From a virus, in the IMG/VR virus record IMGVR_UViG_3300006162_000032: a DNA stretch of 36,278 bases; one strand, given 5' to 3'. The translations under genes were made by a program, and so were the position numbers. Under the pieces are notes generated by a model. It made no database searches, had not been told where the DNA came from, and saw only the letters and a program-made list of their open reading frames with translations. Below are positions 21,307 to 30,896 of the stretch, piece after piece (positions within the stretch are counted from its first letter, which is position 1; each line of letters begins with the position of its first letter).

Positions 21307-21930
21307 ATGGAGATGAGGTCAGTAAATACTGACCACCCCAAGGCTCCGGTTTCAGGATCGGCCGTGTACGTGGTAGTGGAGGAGGGTGATCATAAGGTCA
21401 CCCTGTTCCACCCCTGGACACTCACCGAACTCACCATCCCGAGGGAAGAGTATACCAAGGGCATGGGGTCGATGATGTGGCCGGAAAATGAAACCGGGGC
21501 CGTATTTTCTGTAAAAAAAGTTGTACAAACGATCGACGACAAAGTAAAATTCTTTACCGTATCGAAGCGTGGGTTTCCGGTGAGAACCGTGATCCGGGTA
21601 CTCGCGGCTTTGAAGGGTGAGACGGTGGCAAATGTTGAGAAAAGTATCTCGATTCAGGAGGCCACCGCGAAGGCCAGTTCTTCAAGCAAGACGGTCCGGC
21701 AATATGAACTTGCAAAAAAGGTCAAACTTGCCGATTACAAGGGCCGGCAGCATGAAATACTGGGTGTGTTAAGCCGGGGGCCGGCGACGGTCACGGCGAT
21801 CGCGGATGCGATCAAGTACGTTCCAAAGATGAAGGTGGACCAGGACCCCATCAAGCAAAAGGAACGGGAAATACTCTGGGTCTTGAAGCAAGTCTTCATG
21901 AAACAGGGTCTGGTACGTATCAAAGAATAA
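21307..21930 (+). CDS. hypothetical protein (207 aa)
   Basis: CCAGGAGGGGAACC-ATG. Confidence 0.6.
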   Translation: MEMRSVNTDHPKAPVSGSAVYVVVEEGDHKVTLFHPWTLTELTIPREEYTKGMGSMMWPENETGAVFSVKKVVQTIDDKVKFFTVSKRGFPVRTVIRVLAALKGETVANVEKSISIQEATAKASSSSKTVRQYELAKKVKLADYKGRQHEILGVLSRGPATVTAIADAIKYVPKMKVDQDPIKQKEREILWVLKQVFMKQGLVRIKE

Positions 21931-21961
21931 CATTGGGTAACCCCCAAAGGAGAGAACAACA

Positions 21962-22372
21962 ATGGTCGAAGCAACTGAAGAAGTAGTCAATACCGAGCCG
22001 GCCCCCAAGAAAGCCAAGAAAAAGTCGGCCGCCAAGAAGGGCAAGGCAAAGACCGCCAAGAAGGCAAAGGGCAAGGGCGGGTCATCTGCGCCTCGTGGCC
22101 GTAAACTGTACAGCCTCGTGGCCGGCGTGAAGCTGGACGACTATGATCCTAAGACGCACCCCGGCGCCGTGGTCCACGCCCTGCGAAAGTTGGGCGAGGG
22201 TACTCGGAACGATGTGATTGTCGAGGTTGAGAAACAGGGAAAGATCGAAACCGGCATGGAACTGGCGGACGCAGTGGGTTTTGTCCTCTGGGACCTTTCG
22301 ATCGGGAAACACGCCGGTGTTATCAAGACCAAGGCGGCACCCAAGAAGTCAGACAGTAAGAAGGCCGCCTAA
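21962..22372 (+). CDS. histone-H1/Hc1-like basic protein: Lys/Ala-rich N- and C-terminal tails around a globular domain
   Basis: PAPKKAKKKSAAKKGKAKTAKKAKGKGG ... KTKAAPKKSDSKKAA; globular domain paralogous to 12302..12592; AAAGGAGAGAACAACA-ATG. Confidence 0.6.
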   Translation: MVEATEEVVNTEPAPKKAKKKSAAKKGKAKTAKKAKGKGGSSAPRGRKLYSLVAGVKLDDYDPKTHPGAVVHALRKLGEGTRNDVIVEVEKQGKIETGMELADAVGFVLWDLSIGKHAGVIKTKAAPKKSDSKKAA

Positions 22373-22398
22373 GTCGCCCCTCAGAAGTCAGGAGAATA

Positions 22399-22437
22399 AA
22401 TACCCAGGTCCATTTTTTAGACCTGGGTATTTTTTTG
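22399..22437 (+). terminator. rho-independent terminator (ATACCCAGGT ... ACCTGGGTAT + TTTTTTT)
   Basis: 10-bp stem followed by T7 run. Confidence 0.75.
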
Positions 22438-22446
22438 CCCAAAATA

Positions 22447-22488
22447 TCAGTGTCAATGTCAGTATCAGTATCAGTATCAGTAGCAGTT
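22447..22488. repeat. imperfect hexanucleotide microsatellite (TCAGTA)x7
   Basis: tcagtg tcaatg tcagta x4 gcagtt. Confidence 0.8.
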
Positions 22489-22637
22489 TAGCAACATCTG
22501 ATACTCATAAATAACCACCCCCTCCCCGATTTTTACGTTTGAAAAAAATTTATTTTCTCAGTTGCTTACTTTTTTTCGTTTCCGGAGTATTATATCCCGA
22601 CCTAAGAAGTTCGCTAAAATAGAGGTGAAAAACACAA

Positions 22638-22829
22638 ATGAAAACAACTCCGCCGAAATTCGCTTGGAATCGGGGAAAGACGGACAAGAGCAAAGGTTTT
22701 GTTCGGGTCAGTCCGTTTTACGAAGATGACGTGGCGGACTATTTCTGGTTCGCCGGTTGGGACGGACGTACGTTTGAAGAAGCACAACAAACTCTGGTTG
22801 ACAAGGAGCACGCGAGTGAAAAAATCTAG
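22638..22829 (+). CDS. hypothetical protein (63 aa)
   Basis: AGAGGTGAAAAACACAA-ATG. Confidence 0.45.
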   Translation: MKTTPPKFAWNRGKTDKSKGFVRVSPFYEDDVADYFWFAGWDGRTFEEAQQTLVDKEHASEKI

Positions 22830-23142
22830 ACAACAAAAAATTGAAGAGTACGGTATTGCGATGCACGCCCTGCAAAGTGGCATCGCATTTTCTCTGGCTA
22901 AAAAAAATCCCACGGTTCCGGATATAAATCAAAATCCTTATCTCCGGGAACTAAAGCATCAACGGGTGGGGATCGACGGGACAAAATCTGATCATAGCGC
23001 CCTGGTAAAATTACTGATCGAAAGGGGAATCATCACCGACGAAGAGTACATTGATGCCATGTTAGAAGGTGTGATCGCCGAGGTTCATCGGTATGAAAAG
23101 GCGCTCAGCCAAGAGTATGGCGTGAAGGTAACCCTCCTATGA
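22816..23142 (+). CDS. hypothetical protein (108 aa), GTG start
   Basis: AAGGAG + 7 nt + GTG; ORF-track longer version overlaps previous gene without RBS. Confidence 0.45.
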   Translation: MKKSRQQKIEEYGIAMHALQSGIAFSLAKKNPTVPDINQNPYLRELKHQRVGIDGTKSDHSALVKLLIERGIITDEEYIDAMLEGVIAEVHRYEKALSQEYGVKVTLL

Positions 23143-24311
23143 ATACAAATCTCGACGCTCTCATTATCAATTCATACGCCGGCAGCCTGGTGCTCGGAGC
23201 GCAATCTACCGGACTAGAAATTCGTGGGTCTTATGAAGACTGCGGGTTTGGTCTTCCGATCCAGAAATTGAACTTTCCGAAGTTGAAATTTGTGGAAAGA
23301 ACCCCCTGGCCAAAAGACAATTTGTCTTCTACCATTGTTATTGCCCACCCTCCCTGCGCGGCCTTTTCCAATCAAAACAATTCAGTCTCCCGCAAGGGTA
23401 TTAATACGGACGCCTTTAAGTGTCATCGGGAGGTGATGGACTATTCGATGAGCAACCGGTGTGCGGCCCTGGCCATCGAGTCGGTCCCCGGTGCGTTAAA
23501 GGCCCAGGCGGAGTATGCCAAGTATGCCCGGAAGTACAACTACACCCACTACTTCATACATTTAAATTCGGCCAGTTTCGGGGTCTCGCAATGGCGTCCC
23601 AGAGTTTGGATGATATTCCTGCGCGACCTACCACGGTTGGTGGTAAATCCTCCGTGGGAGTGGAAGACCGTGGGAGATATTCTACAAACCCCCGAAGAAT
23701 ATGAGGCCGCCGTCGGGGCCGGGATCGAACCAAATGTCATGATGAAGAAGTTACTGGATTATTTCGGCAAGAAATTCAAGACCGCCGAGTTTAACTTCGA
23801 AGAGTTTTTGAAATTTGAAAATATCGGATCGTTCGTACCGGCCGTGGCGGAGTTCCTGAATATTGAAAAGACCCGCGAGGCCGTTAACAAGGCCTGCGGT
23901 ACCTCGGGATTGTTCGGGGTTCGGTTGCCGCGGAAGATGGACCTACGGTGGTTTTCTCCGGTGATCCTGGACGATAGTTTTTTCTTTGCCAATGGTCGCC
24001 CCCTGACGATGATCGAGTACCAAAGAATCATGGGATTCCCCGATGATTTTAAATGGCCAGAAAATCTCAAACGAAAATTCACCATGTATCTTTCCAAGGG
24101 CGTGGCACCGCCGGTCGCGGCCTGGATCGCAAAGACTTTGGTCATGAATTGTGAGAAGACCATCTCGTTATCTCCCGCCCGTACCCAGGTCGGTGCGCCC
24201 GGTGAAATTCTGGATATCCGGCCGAATACCGATCAGGCCAAGGAGGCCGTCAACCGGAGTCGCAACAAGACATTACCATTCGTCGGAAAGTTTAAGAGGG
24301 CCGCGGTATGA
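23139..24311 (+). CDS. DNA (cytosine-5)-methyltransferase-like protein
   Basis: motif IV HPPCAAFS (PC), motif VI IESVPG (ENV-like), motif VIII QWRPRVW (QxRxR), N-terminal SYAGSLVLG (motif I-like); correct order. Confidence 0.6.
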   Translation: MNTNLDALIINSYAGSLVLGAQSTGLEIRGSYEDCGFGLPIQKLNFPKLKFVERTPWPKDNLSSTIVIAHPPCAAFSNQNNSVSRKGINTDAFKCHREVMDYSMSNRCAALAIESVPGALKAQAEYAKYARKYNYTHYFIHLNSASFGVSQWRPRVWMIFLRDLPRLVVNPPWEWKTVGDILQTPEEYEAAVGAGIEPNVMMKKLLDYFGKKFKTAEFNFEEFLKFENIGSFVPAVAEFLNIEKTREAVNKACGTSGLFGVRLPRKMDLRWFSPVILDDSFFFANGRPLTMIEYQRIMGFPDDFKWPENLKRKFTMYLSKGVAPPVAAWIAKTLVMNCEKTISLSPARTQVGAPGEILDIRPNTDQAKEAVNRSRNKTLPFVGKFKRAAV

Positions 24312-25456
24312 AGTTTCGAGATTATGTCGACCAGGATACATTAAGAAAGTACCTGGATGAAAAAATTGTGACGGTTCGTTTTCATCCCCGTGCGCCCCTG
24401 GCAATATACAATTATGGCCGACGTGCACAGTTCGAAAACATCTGGGACAATGTCACTGTCCGATGCCGTGGGTTGATCGTGGATCAAAAAATGGGCGACG
24501 TGATCGCCCGCCCATTTGAGAAATTTTTCAATTTAGGTCATCAAGGAAGACCAGAGACGAATTTTGAAAACTTGCCGTCGGAGGAACCAGAGGTTACTGA
24601 AAAAATGGATGGTAGCCTGGGAATTTACTATCGGTACGGTGATCTGTCGGGAATTGCCTCACGGGGTTCTTTTGACTCTGAACAGGCCCTGTGGGCAACT
24701 CAATGGTATAAAATTCATTTGATAGATTCTCAATGGCCGGAAACTTTTACACCTCTATTTAAAATTGTCTACCCCGGCAATCGCATCGTTGTTAAATACG
24801 ACTGGGAAGGACTCATATTACTTGGCATGGTTGAAAAAGAATCGGGTCGGGAATTATACCACCGGCATCTGGTTGGTTACGGCCAGAAAAATAACTGTCG
24901 AGTGGTTCCATTGTTCAATAAGTCTATTGCCGACTGCCGGACTGAGGAACAAAATAACGCCGAGGGTTACGTCGCAACTTGGAACCATGGACTGCCCCGA
25001 CCTCCCCTAAAAATAAAAATCAAATTTATTGAGTACCGTCGTCTTCATCGGTTAATGACCGGCAGATCTCCCAAGGAAATATGGAGGATGCTGAAAGACG
25101 GGGAAGTCTTCGATGCCGATGTACCGGAGCACTATGCCGAGTGGTTACGGGGCTGGAGAGAATTACTTTTGGGTGAGTATTACCGACTGGAGACAAAAGC
25201 AAAAAATATCTACGACACTTGCGACTTGGAAAAAGATGGTCAGAACAAAGATTCCCGTCGAAAACTGGCGGAATACTTTAACCGGGTTGAGCATCGTGAG
25301 GTCAACGGAGTTCTTTTCAAAATGTTGGACGGCGAATCCTACCAGGAAATTATCTGGAAACTTATCAAACCTCTCACAAAGAGTTATGATCCTTTTCGAG
25401 TCGCCGGCTTGATTTTCTTCGGGTCGACTTTTTTCGCCTCGGCGGTTAGCGAATAG
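24308..25456 (+). CDS. ATP-dependent polynucleotide (RNA) ligase-like nucleotidyltransferase
   Basis: motif I KMDGSLG (KxDG), motif IV-like AEGYVATW, motif V LKIKIKF (KxK); no DNA-ligase OB/extended domains; ATGA overlap. Confidence 0.55.
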   Translation: MKFRDYVDQDTLRKYLDEKIVTVRFHPRAPLAIYNYGRRAQFENIWDNVTVRCRGLIVDQKMGDVIARPFEKFFNLGHQGRPETNFENLPSEEPEVTEKMDGSLGIYYRYGDLSGIASRGSFDSEQALWATQWYKIHLIDSQWPETFTPLFKIVYPGNRIVVKYDWEGLILLGMVEKESGRELYHRHLVGYGQKNNCRVVPLFNKSIADCRTEEQNNAEGYVATWNHGLPRPPLKIKIKFIEYRRLHRLMTGRSPKEIWRMLKDGEVFDADVPEHYAEWLRGWRELLLGEYYRLETKAKNIYDTCDLEKDGQNKDSRRKLAEYFNRVEHREVNGVLFKMLDGESYQEIIWKLIKPLTKSYDPFRVAGLIFFGSTFFASAVSE

Positions 25457-25843
25457 ATGTTGAGGTTTTCGGCGGCAAAATGCAGCGGCGGGGCAAGCAT
25501 TAAATTTGGGAATTATATAGTTAACTCCCTTGCGGGAGAGAAAGTAGGTCACGTGAAAGAAAATAAATTCATCGCAGAATCGGGATGGCCGCAAGTGCAT
25601 GGTCAGATTTCAACCGTCAGTTTTCAAATCCAATCTGGGCCGATCAAGGAGTTTGGCGAGAACGGATGCCAGATCGACGATGTGATCGAGTGGGCGAAAG
25701 AGAAGATCGAAGGTTTCAACAAGGCTTTCCCCTGCCGAGAGAACTCTGTAATCATCACCAAACTCGACGAGGCGCTTCTGTGGTCGCTGAAACGCAAGAT
25801 GGATCGAGAGAAACGCAGCGTCGAGGGAACCAATAAGGCATGA
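25457..25843 (+). CDS. hypothetical protein (128 aa)
   Basis: ATG immediately after ligase stop (TAGATG). Confidence 0.4.
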   Translation: MLRFSAAKCSGGASIKFGNYIVNSLAGEKVGHVKENKFIAESGWPQVHGQISTVSFQIQSGPIKEFGENGCQIDDVIEWAKEKIEGFNKAFPCRENSVIITKLDEALLWSLKRKMDREKRSVEGTNKA

Positions 25844-26079
25844 ATCACAAAGACCTAGCTGAGCGTGCTTCCCGGATGGCTATGCCGTCATCCGGGGATG
25901 ACGCCGCTGACCAGAAGGCGCTTTTGGATGCCGCATTGCATCAGGCACGGATGGAAGAGAACATCTGCCCAAACGGTTGCGGCCCGATGATTTGGGACGA
26001 TCCAAACAATCGGCATTGTCCCGCGTGCAACTTTCACGGCTGGTGCAATGTGCCCTATTCCGGTGCAAAGCAAGCCTGA
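25840..26079 (+). CDS. Zn-finger-like hypothetical protein (CPNGC ... CPACNFHGWC)
   Basis: ATGA overlap. Confidence 0.45.
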   Translation: MNHKDLAERASRMAMPSSGDDAADQKALLDAALHQARMEENICPNGCGPMIWDDPNNRHCPACNFHGWCNVPYSGAKQA

Positions 26080-26156
26080 GAAACGACTTAGGGAGTTATG
26101 TATATAGTTCCCTTAAATTTACCGACGAGATGTTCGAGGCCCACGTAAATACCCTG

Positions 26157-26245
26157 GCACCGGAGAAGAGAAACGGGCACCCCGGTCCCATAAGGATATT
26201 CCGGGGGATACCGGGTGCCGAAAAATTATGAAAAAATTTTTATTT
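26157..26245 (+). terminator. complex GC-rich inverted repeat (GGCACCGG/GGGCACCCCGG ... CCGGGTGCC) followed by A/T-rich tract; possible terminator
   Basis: 9-bp+ inverted repeats, then AAAAATTATGAAAAAATTTTTATTT. Confidence 0.3.
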
Positions 26246-26368
26246 ACATCAAGGTGATTTTTAGGATAGGATTCTCGCCGCGCGGTAGAAAACGCGAAGC
26301 GTACGATAATCAATATTTGGGTTCTGGCGAGTGGTTCTGCTCGCGAAGAGCCAAGAAGGAGAAAAACG

Positions 26369-26578
26369 ATGCTAGTTGAATTCACCGATGGGGACGGGAT
26401 TAGCGTATTGATCAATTCGGAGCATATTAGTGCGGTGCGCGAGGGTCGAGCAGGACAAAACGTGTCTATCTGGATAGGTACCGACATTAGAATCAACGTG
26501 AGGCAATCGTTTGAAGAAACGAAGAAGCGTCTGGGCCTTGCGATCACGCCGCGAGCAGAAACGTTGGCGATTCGGTGA
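26369..26578 (+). CDS. hypothetical protein (69 aa)
   Basis: AAGGAGAAAAACG-ATG. Confidence 0.45.
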   Translation: MLVEFTDGDGISVLINSEHISAVREGRAGQNVSIWIGTDIRINVRQSFEETKKRLGLAITPRAETLAIR

Positions 26579-26606
26579 TTGAGCGAGACATCCACCAGGA
26601 GAATGA

Positions 26607-27212
26607 ATGCAATTCATCGGAGATGTTCATGCGACGACAAAAGGCAACATGGAGAAGTACCTCGCTCTACTCGGTGAAGAACCGAGCATACAAGTCGGCG
26701 ACCTCAACATCGGTTTTGCCGGCGTTCATCTCCCTAATTTGCCCCGGCGGCATCGATTCATTCACGGGAACCATGACAATCCGGAAAAATGCCGGGGGCA
26801 TAAAAATTACCTGGGAAGTTATGGATACTTTCCAGATCTTGCTTTATTCTACGCCGGGGGCGCCTTCTCGATTGACTATATGTCGAGGGTACCGGGGCGT
26901 AGTTGGTGGCCGGACGAGCAACTGAGCATGCAACAGTGGGAAGATGCCGCGGCTCTGTACGTACGGTCGAAACCGAAGCAGGTGGTGACGCATGATTGCC
27001 CTCTCCCCGTTGCGCACCTCCTGCTTCGAGAGATGTCAAACTTTTACGACCCGGACCGGACACCGGATGCCACCAAAGAGGCATTGGAGGCCTTGTTCAA
27101 TTTTCATCGTCCCGAAATCTGGGTATTTGGTCACTATCATGTTTCACGAGACTTTGAATACGAGGGCACCCGCTTTATTTGTCTCGCGGAACTAGAATCA
27201 AAGATTTTGTAG
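26607..27212 (+). CDS. calcineurin-like metallophosphoesterase
   Basis: GDVH, GDLNIG, GNHD, THD, GHYH motifs in canonical order; CAGGAGAATGA-ATG. Confidence 0.75.
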   Translation: MQFIGDVHATTKGNMEKYLALLGEEPSIQVGDLNIGFAGVHLPNLPRRHRFIHGNHDNPEKCRGHKNYLGSYGYFPDLALFYAGGAFSIDYMSRVPGRSWWPDEQLSMQQWEDAAALYVRSKPKQVVTHDCPLPVAHLLLREMSNFYDPDRTPDATKEALEALFNFHRPEIWVFGHYHVSRDFEYEGTRFICLAELESKIL

Positions 27213-27234
27213 GAGGTGAGAAAAAGGAAAATAG

Positions 27235-27441
27235 ATGGATCAACTCAACTCCCGGGGTCATACTCGGGCCTGTACATGTTGCTTCGAGTGTCGTAGTGAA
27301 AACCGCCGGTGGGCGTTAAGCCTTCCGGCGGCCTTGATGTTAAATCCGGCGCTCAAAACCAATCGCTCTATTTTAATCAAGCGAAATCGTCTAATATATG
27401 ACGGTTTGAGAGGAAAAGAAAATGGCAGACGCAAAAAATGA
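27235..27441 (+). CDS. doubtful small ORF (68 aa)
   Basis: weak RBS; overlaps probable promoter/leader of MVP gene. Confidence 0.15.
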   Translation: MDQLNSRGHTRACTCCFECRSENRRWALSLPAALMLNPALKTNRSILIKRNRLIYDGLRGKENGRRKK

Positions 27442-29976
27442 ATTGATTCTGGCGCAGAATCAATATGCGTTCATTCAGGACGAGACCAAGGGAAGTGTGA
27501 AGGTCCACGTGGGGCCGCTTACCGTCACTCCGTCTGGCAATGACCGCCCGGTAGTCTATGATAACGAGACCCGTCGTTTTATTCAGGCAACTTCTTTGAA
27601 AGAGGCCGTACAACAGAACACCACCGTCGATGAGGGTTCTTATGTAATTTTGGAGAACCCCGCCGACAAGGGCAACAATCCGCCGGCCGGCGCCTCTTCA
27701 CTGCCGACTGATTTACAGATTGGCCGTAAGATCAATATTCCTGGTCCGGCGACCTTCGCCCTTTGGCCGGGGCAAAGTGCCCAGGTCCTAGAGGGACATC
27801 AGCTTCGTTCCAATGAATACCTGGTGGCCCGCGTCTACGGCGTCGAAGAGGCCAAGAAAAATTGGCCGACGGTCGGTACTCGCCTTCCCGAGTTGCCAGA
27901 TAATTTGGCCACCGGACAATTGCTTGTGATTCAGGGAACAGACGTCAACTTTTTCATTCCTCCCACGGGAGTAGAGGTACTCCCCGATCCGGTGACCAAG
28001 ACACAGTACATTCGTTCTGCGGTGACCCTGGAACGATTGGAATACGTGATTCTTCTTTCAGAAGATGGCAACAAGCGTTATGAAATCGGACCCAAGGTGG
28101 TCTTCCCACTGGCCACGGAAAAATTTGTTACCAAGTCTGACGACGGACGGGCCGGTATCAAACAGAAGGCCATCGAGTTGACTGACCAGATGGGTATTTA
28201 TGTTAAGGTTATTGCCGACTATGAGGATACCACCAACTTCCTTGGTCCCAATAACACTCCGTTGGGCCGGCGGGAATCAAGTGCCGAGGCGGCACCCGTC
28301 GAGGGTCGGCGACCTCCAAAATCAGAGAACAAGTATTCTTACAAAGTTGGTGATGAATTGTTCATCACCGGCAAGCAACAACGCATCTATTACCCTCGGT
28401 CGGAACACGCCCTGATTGAGTATGATGGCGAAGATGCCCAGGGAAATAAGTTCAAACGGCAGCGGTATTATGCCGTGGCCATTCCCGAGGGTGAGGCCCG
28501 TTATGTTCTGGACAAGATCACGGGTAAGATTGACAAGGTATCGGGACCGCAGGTGTTCCTTCCCGATCCTCGTTATCAGACCATTGTGCGTCGTATTCTG
28601 AGTGACAAGGAAGTTTCTTTATGGTATCCGGGCAACTCTACCGCCGTGGCCTTCAACCAGGCCCTACGGGCAACTTCCCAGGACGCCACGATGGACTTTG
28701 TCCAGGATATGACTCATAATACAATGGACCTGGAACGATCGATGAACCGTATGACCAAAGGTTCTCCGATCATGGCCAGTAACAGTTATTCCGGGGGTAC
28801 CGGAGTGTGTTGGCCGGGGCCGCGGGGGAGACTCTGCGGCGATCCGGAAAATACACCCCGCCTCCGTCGTTGACCCTGAACACGAAATACGACGGGGTAC
28901 CCGTCGTTGAACCCTGGACGGGTTATGCCGTCCAGGTGGTACGCCGCAATGGAAGTCGGCAGGTTATCAAGGGGCCGGCCTCGATTCTTCTGGGATATGA
29001 CGAGACTCTGGAACGGGTGACGTTGTCCACCGGAAAACCCAAGACCACGGACAAGCCGATGGAAACGGTTTATCTGCGGGTAGACCATAACAAGGTTTCC
29101 GATTTTGTTACAGTCGAGACTCGGGATATGGTCAACGTAGAAATCTATGTTTCCTACCGGGTCAATTTTGAGGGCGACGCCAACAAGTGGTTCTCTGTTG
29201 AAAACTACGTGAAGTTCCTGTGTGACCATCTTCGTAGCCTTTTGCGGGCGAAGGTAAAGCACCTGACAATCAAGCAGTTCATTGATTCCTCGTCGGCCAT
29301 CATCCGGGACACAGTGCTGGGCGAGCCGAAGGACGGCAAGCGGGCGGGAAAGGTATTTGACGAGAACGGGATGCGCATCTATGACGTCGAAGTCCTTCGG
29401 GTAATGATCAAAGATGATACCATCTCCGGCCTCATGGTCAAGACCCAACGCGACACCGTACAACAAACTTTGAATCTTTCCGCCAAGGAAAGTGAAAAGT
29501 TGTTGACGGAGAAACTCACCGAACTGGAGATGGCCCTGGCAGATTTGAATAAAGCCTCAAGTCTGCATACGATTGAAGTGGAGAAGACCATCGCCCAGGC
29601 CAACGCCGACTTGTCCATGCAAAAAGAGGAGTCGGTACGCGAACGAAGTATCAGGGCCAAGAAACATGATGTGACGATCGCCGAGATTTCTCATCAGGTG
29701 GCCTCGGAGAATCTGGCCGTCGACGAGGCCCGGGCGGAGCACGAACAAAAGGTACTGGAGGGAGAAACGGCCGAGTATGTAAAACGACTGGCCGCGATTT
29801 CTCCGGAACTGGCAAAGGCCATTGTTCTCATTGGAAACAATGACCTTGCCGAAAAACTGGCCGAGGCGGTCGCGCCCCTGGCCGTGGTGGAACAACAGGG
29901 GATCGGTCCGATTTTGGGCCGTATCTTTCATGGAACACCGGTAGAAAAGATTCTCAACCAGATCGAAGACAAATAA
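27422..29976 (+). CDS. major vault protein (MVP) homolog: MVP repeat domains + SPFH-like shoulder + cap-helix coiled coil; reading frame broken near 28790-28830
   Basis: Part 1 27422..28873: GEARYVLDKITGKIDKVSG vs human MVP NEGIYVQDVKTGKVRAVIG; YKVGDELFITGKQQRIYYP vs VVAGDEWLFEGPGTYIP. Part 2 28807..29976: GVPVVEPWTGYAVQVVRRNGSRQVIKGPASILLGYDETLERVTLS vs [45 protein letters not shown], followed by a coiled coil. G-runs (ccggggg, cgcggggg) at the junction. Confidence 0.65.
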
Positions 29977-30030
29977 CCCAAACAAGGGACCGGAGAAATC
30001 CGGTCCCCATCTTAATTCAAGGAGAGACAC

Positions 30031-30288
30031 ATGCAAGATGTCATGGAAGTACCGGCGGGAAAACATATTATCCATACTTTGGATAATACCGGAGATACCC
30101 GGTCGATATGGGACTCTGGAAGTGCAGATGAAACGGCCGCGGCCCGGAGGATGTTTGAAGACCTCAAGGGAAAACGGTACATTGGTTATAAGGCCGAGGG
30201 AAAAGACGGCCGCAAGGGAGAAGTATTGCAGAAATTTGATCCCGAGGCCGAACGCATTATCATGGTGCCACCCCAGGTGGGAGGTTAG
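30031..30288 (+). CDS. hypothetical protein (85 aa), downstream of MVP homolog
   Basis: CAAGGAGAGACAC-ATG. Confidence 0.5.
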   Translation: MQDVMEVPAGKHIIHTLDNTGDTRSIWDSGSADETAAARRMFEDLKGKRYIGYKAEGKDGRKGEVLQKFDPEAERIIMVPPQVGG

Positions 30289-30289
30289 C

Positions 30290-30859
30290 ATGGCGATGAC
30301 CTATGCGGTTTGTTATCCGGACCCATTTTGGGTACAGTGCAACTATGCAACCGGTGCCACTGGAAACTCGGTAACTTGGGATGCCTGGAATTATTTTTAT
30401 TCCGGAGCAAGTACGGTCGCAACCGGCGCAACCGGGAACGTTATTTATCAGTGGCAAGTATGGAATAACGCCTACCAAGAAACAACCAAACAACAACGGG
30501 CGCGAATTACGGCAGAACGAGAGGCCGAACGAGTTCGACTGGCCGAGGCCGCGGAACATGACAAGAAGGCCCAGGCCCGAGCGGAAGAACTTTTGTTTTT
30601 GTTCCTGACCCCGGAACAACAGAAGATGTACAAAGAAAAGGGTTACTTTGACACGGAGGTGAACGATAAACAATACCGTCTGTACAAGGGTCGGGCCGGT
30701 AACGTACGGAAGATCGAGAACGGCAAAGAGGTAGACAAACTTTGCGCCCATCCCGTGCCGTCTCTTCCCGATGCCGACAATGTCCTTGCCCAGTTTCTGG
30801 CGCTTCATACCGACGAGGCGGCCTTTAATCAACTGGCCAACCACACCAGATTAAACTAA
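30290..30859 (+). CDS. hypothetical protein (190 aa) with internal ATGATGN-W-rich duplication and charged helical segment
   Basis: GGGAGGTTAGC-ATG 2 nt after upstream stop; ORF-track longer N-terminus overlaps previous gene. Confidence 0.5.
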   Translation: MAMTYAVCYPDPFWVQCNYATGATGNSVTWDAWNYFYSGASTVATGATGNVIYQWQVWNNAYQETTKQQRARITAEREAERVRLAEAAEHDKKAQARAEELLFLFLTPEQQKMYKEKGYFDTEVNDKQYRLYKGRAGNVRKIENGKEVDKLCAHPVPSLPDADNVLAQFLALHTDEAAFNQLANHTRLN

Positions 30860-30866
30860 CAAAGGC

Positions 30867-30896
30867 CCCGGCGGAGCAATCCGCCGGGCTATTTTA
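30867..30896 (+). terminator. rho-independent terminator (CCCGGCGGA-GCAA-TCCGCCGGG + CTATTTTA)
   Basis: 9-bp GC stem, GNRA loop, U-rich tail. Confidence 0.7.

Noticed and set aside
22218-22514. 98-aa + strand ORF
   Set aside because: Runs through a strong terminator and the hexanucleotide microsatellite, no RBS; spurious.
27303-27332. Hairpin CCGCCGG ... CCGGCGG upstream of MVP gene as terminator
   Set aside because: 15-nt loop and no U-tract; more likely part of the MVP 5' leader.
29557-30291. 244-aa minus-strand ORF (also 28786..29466 minus)
   Set aside because: Antisense to the MVP homolog, whose homology evidence is strong; no start signals.
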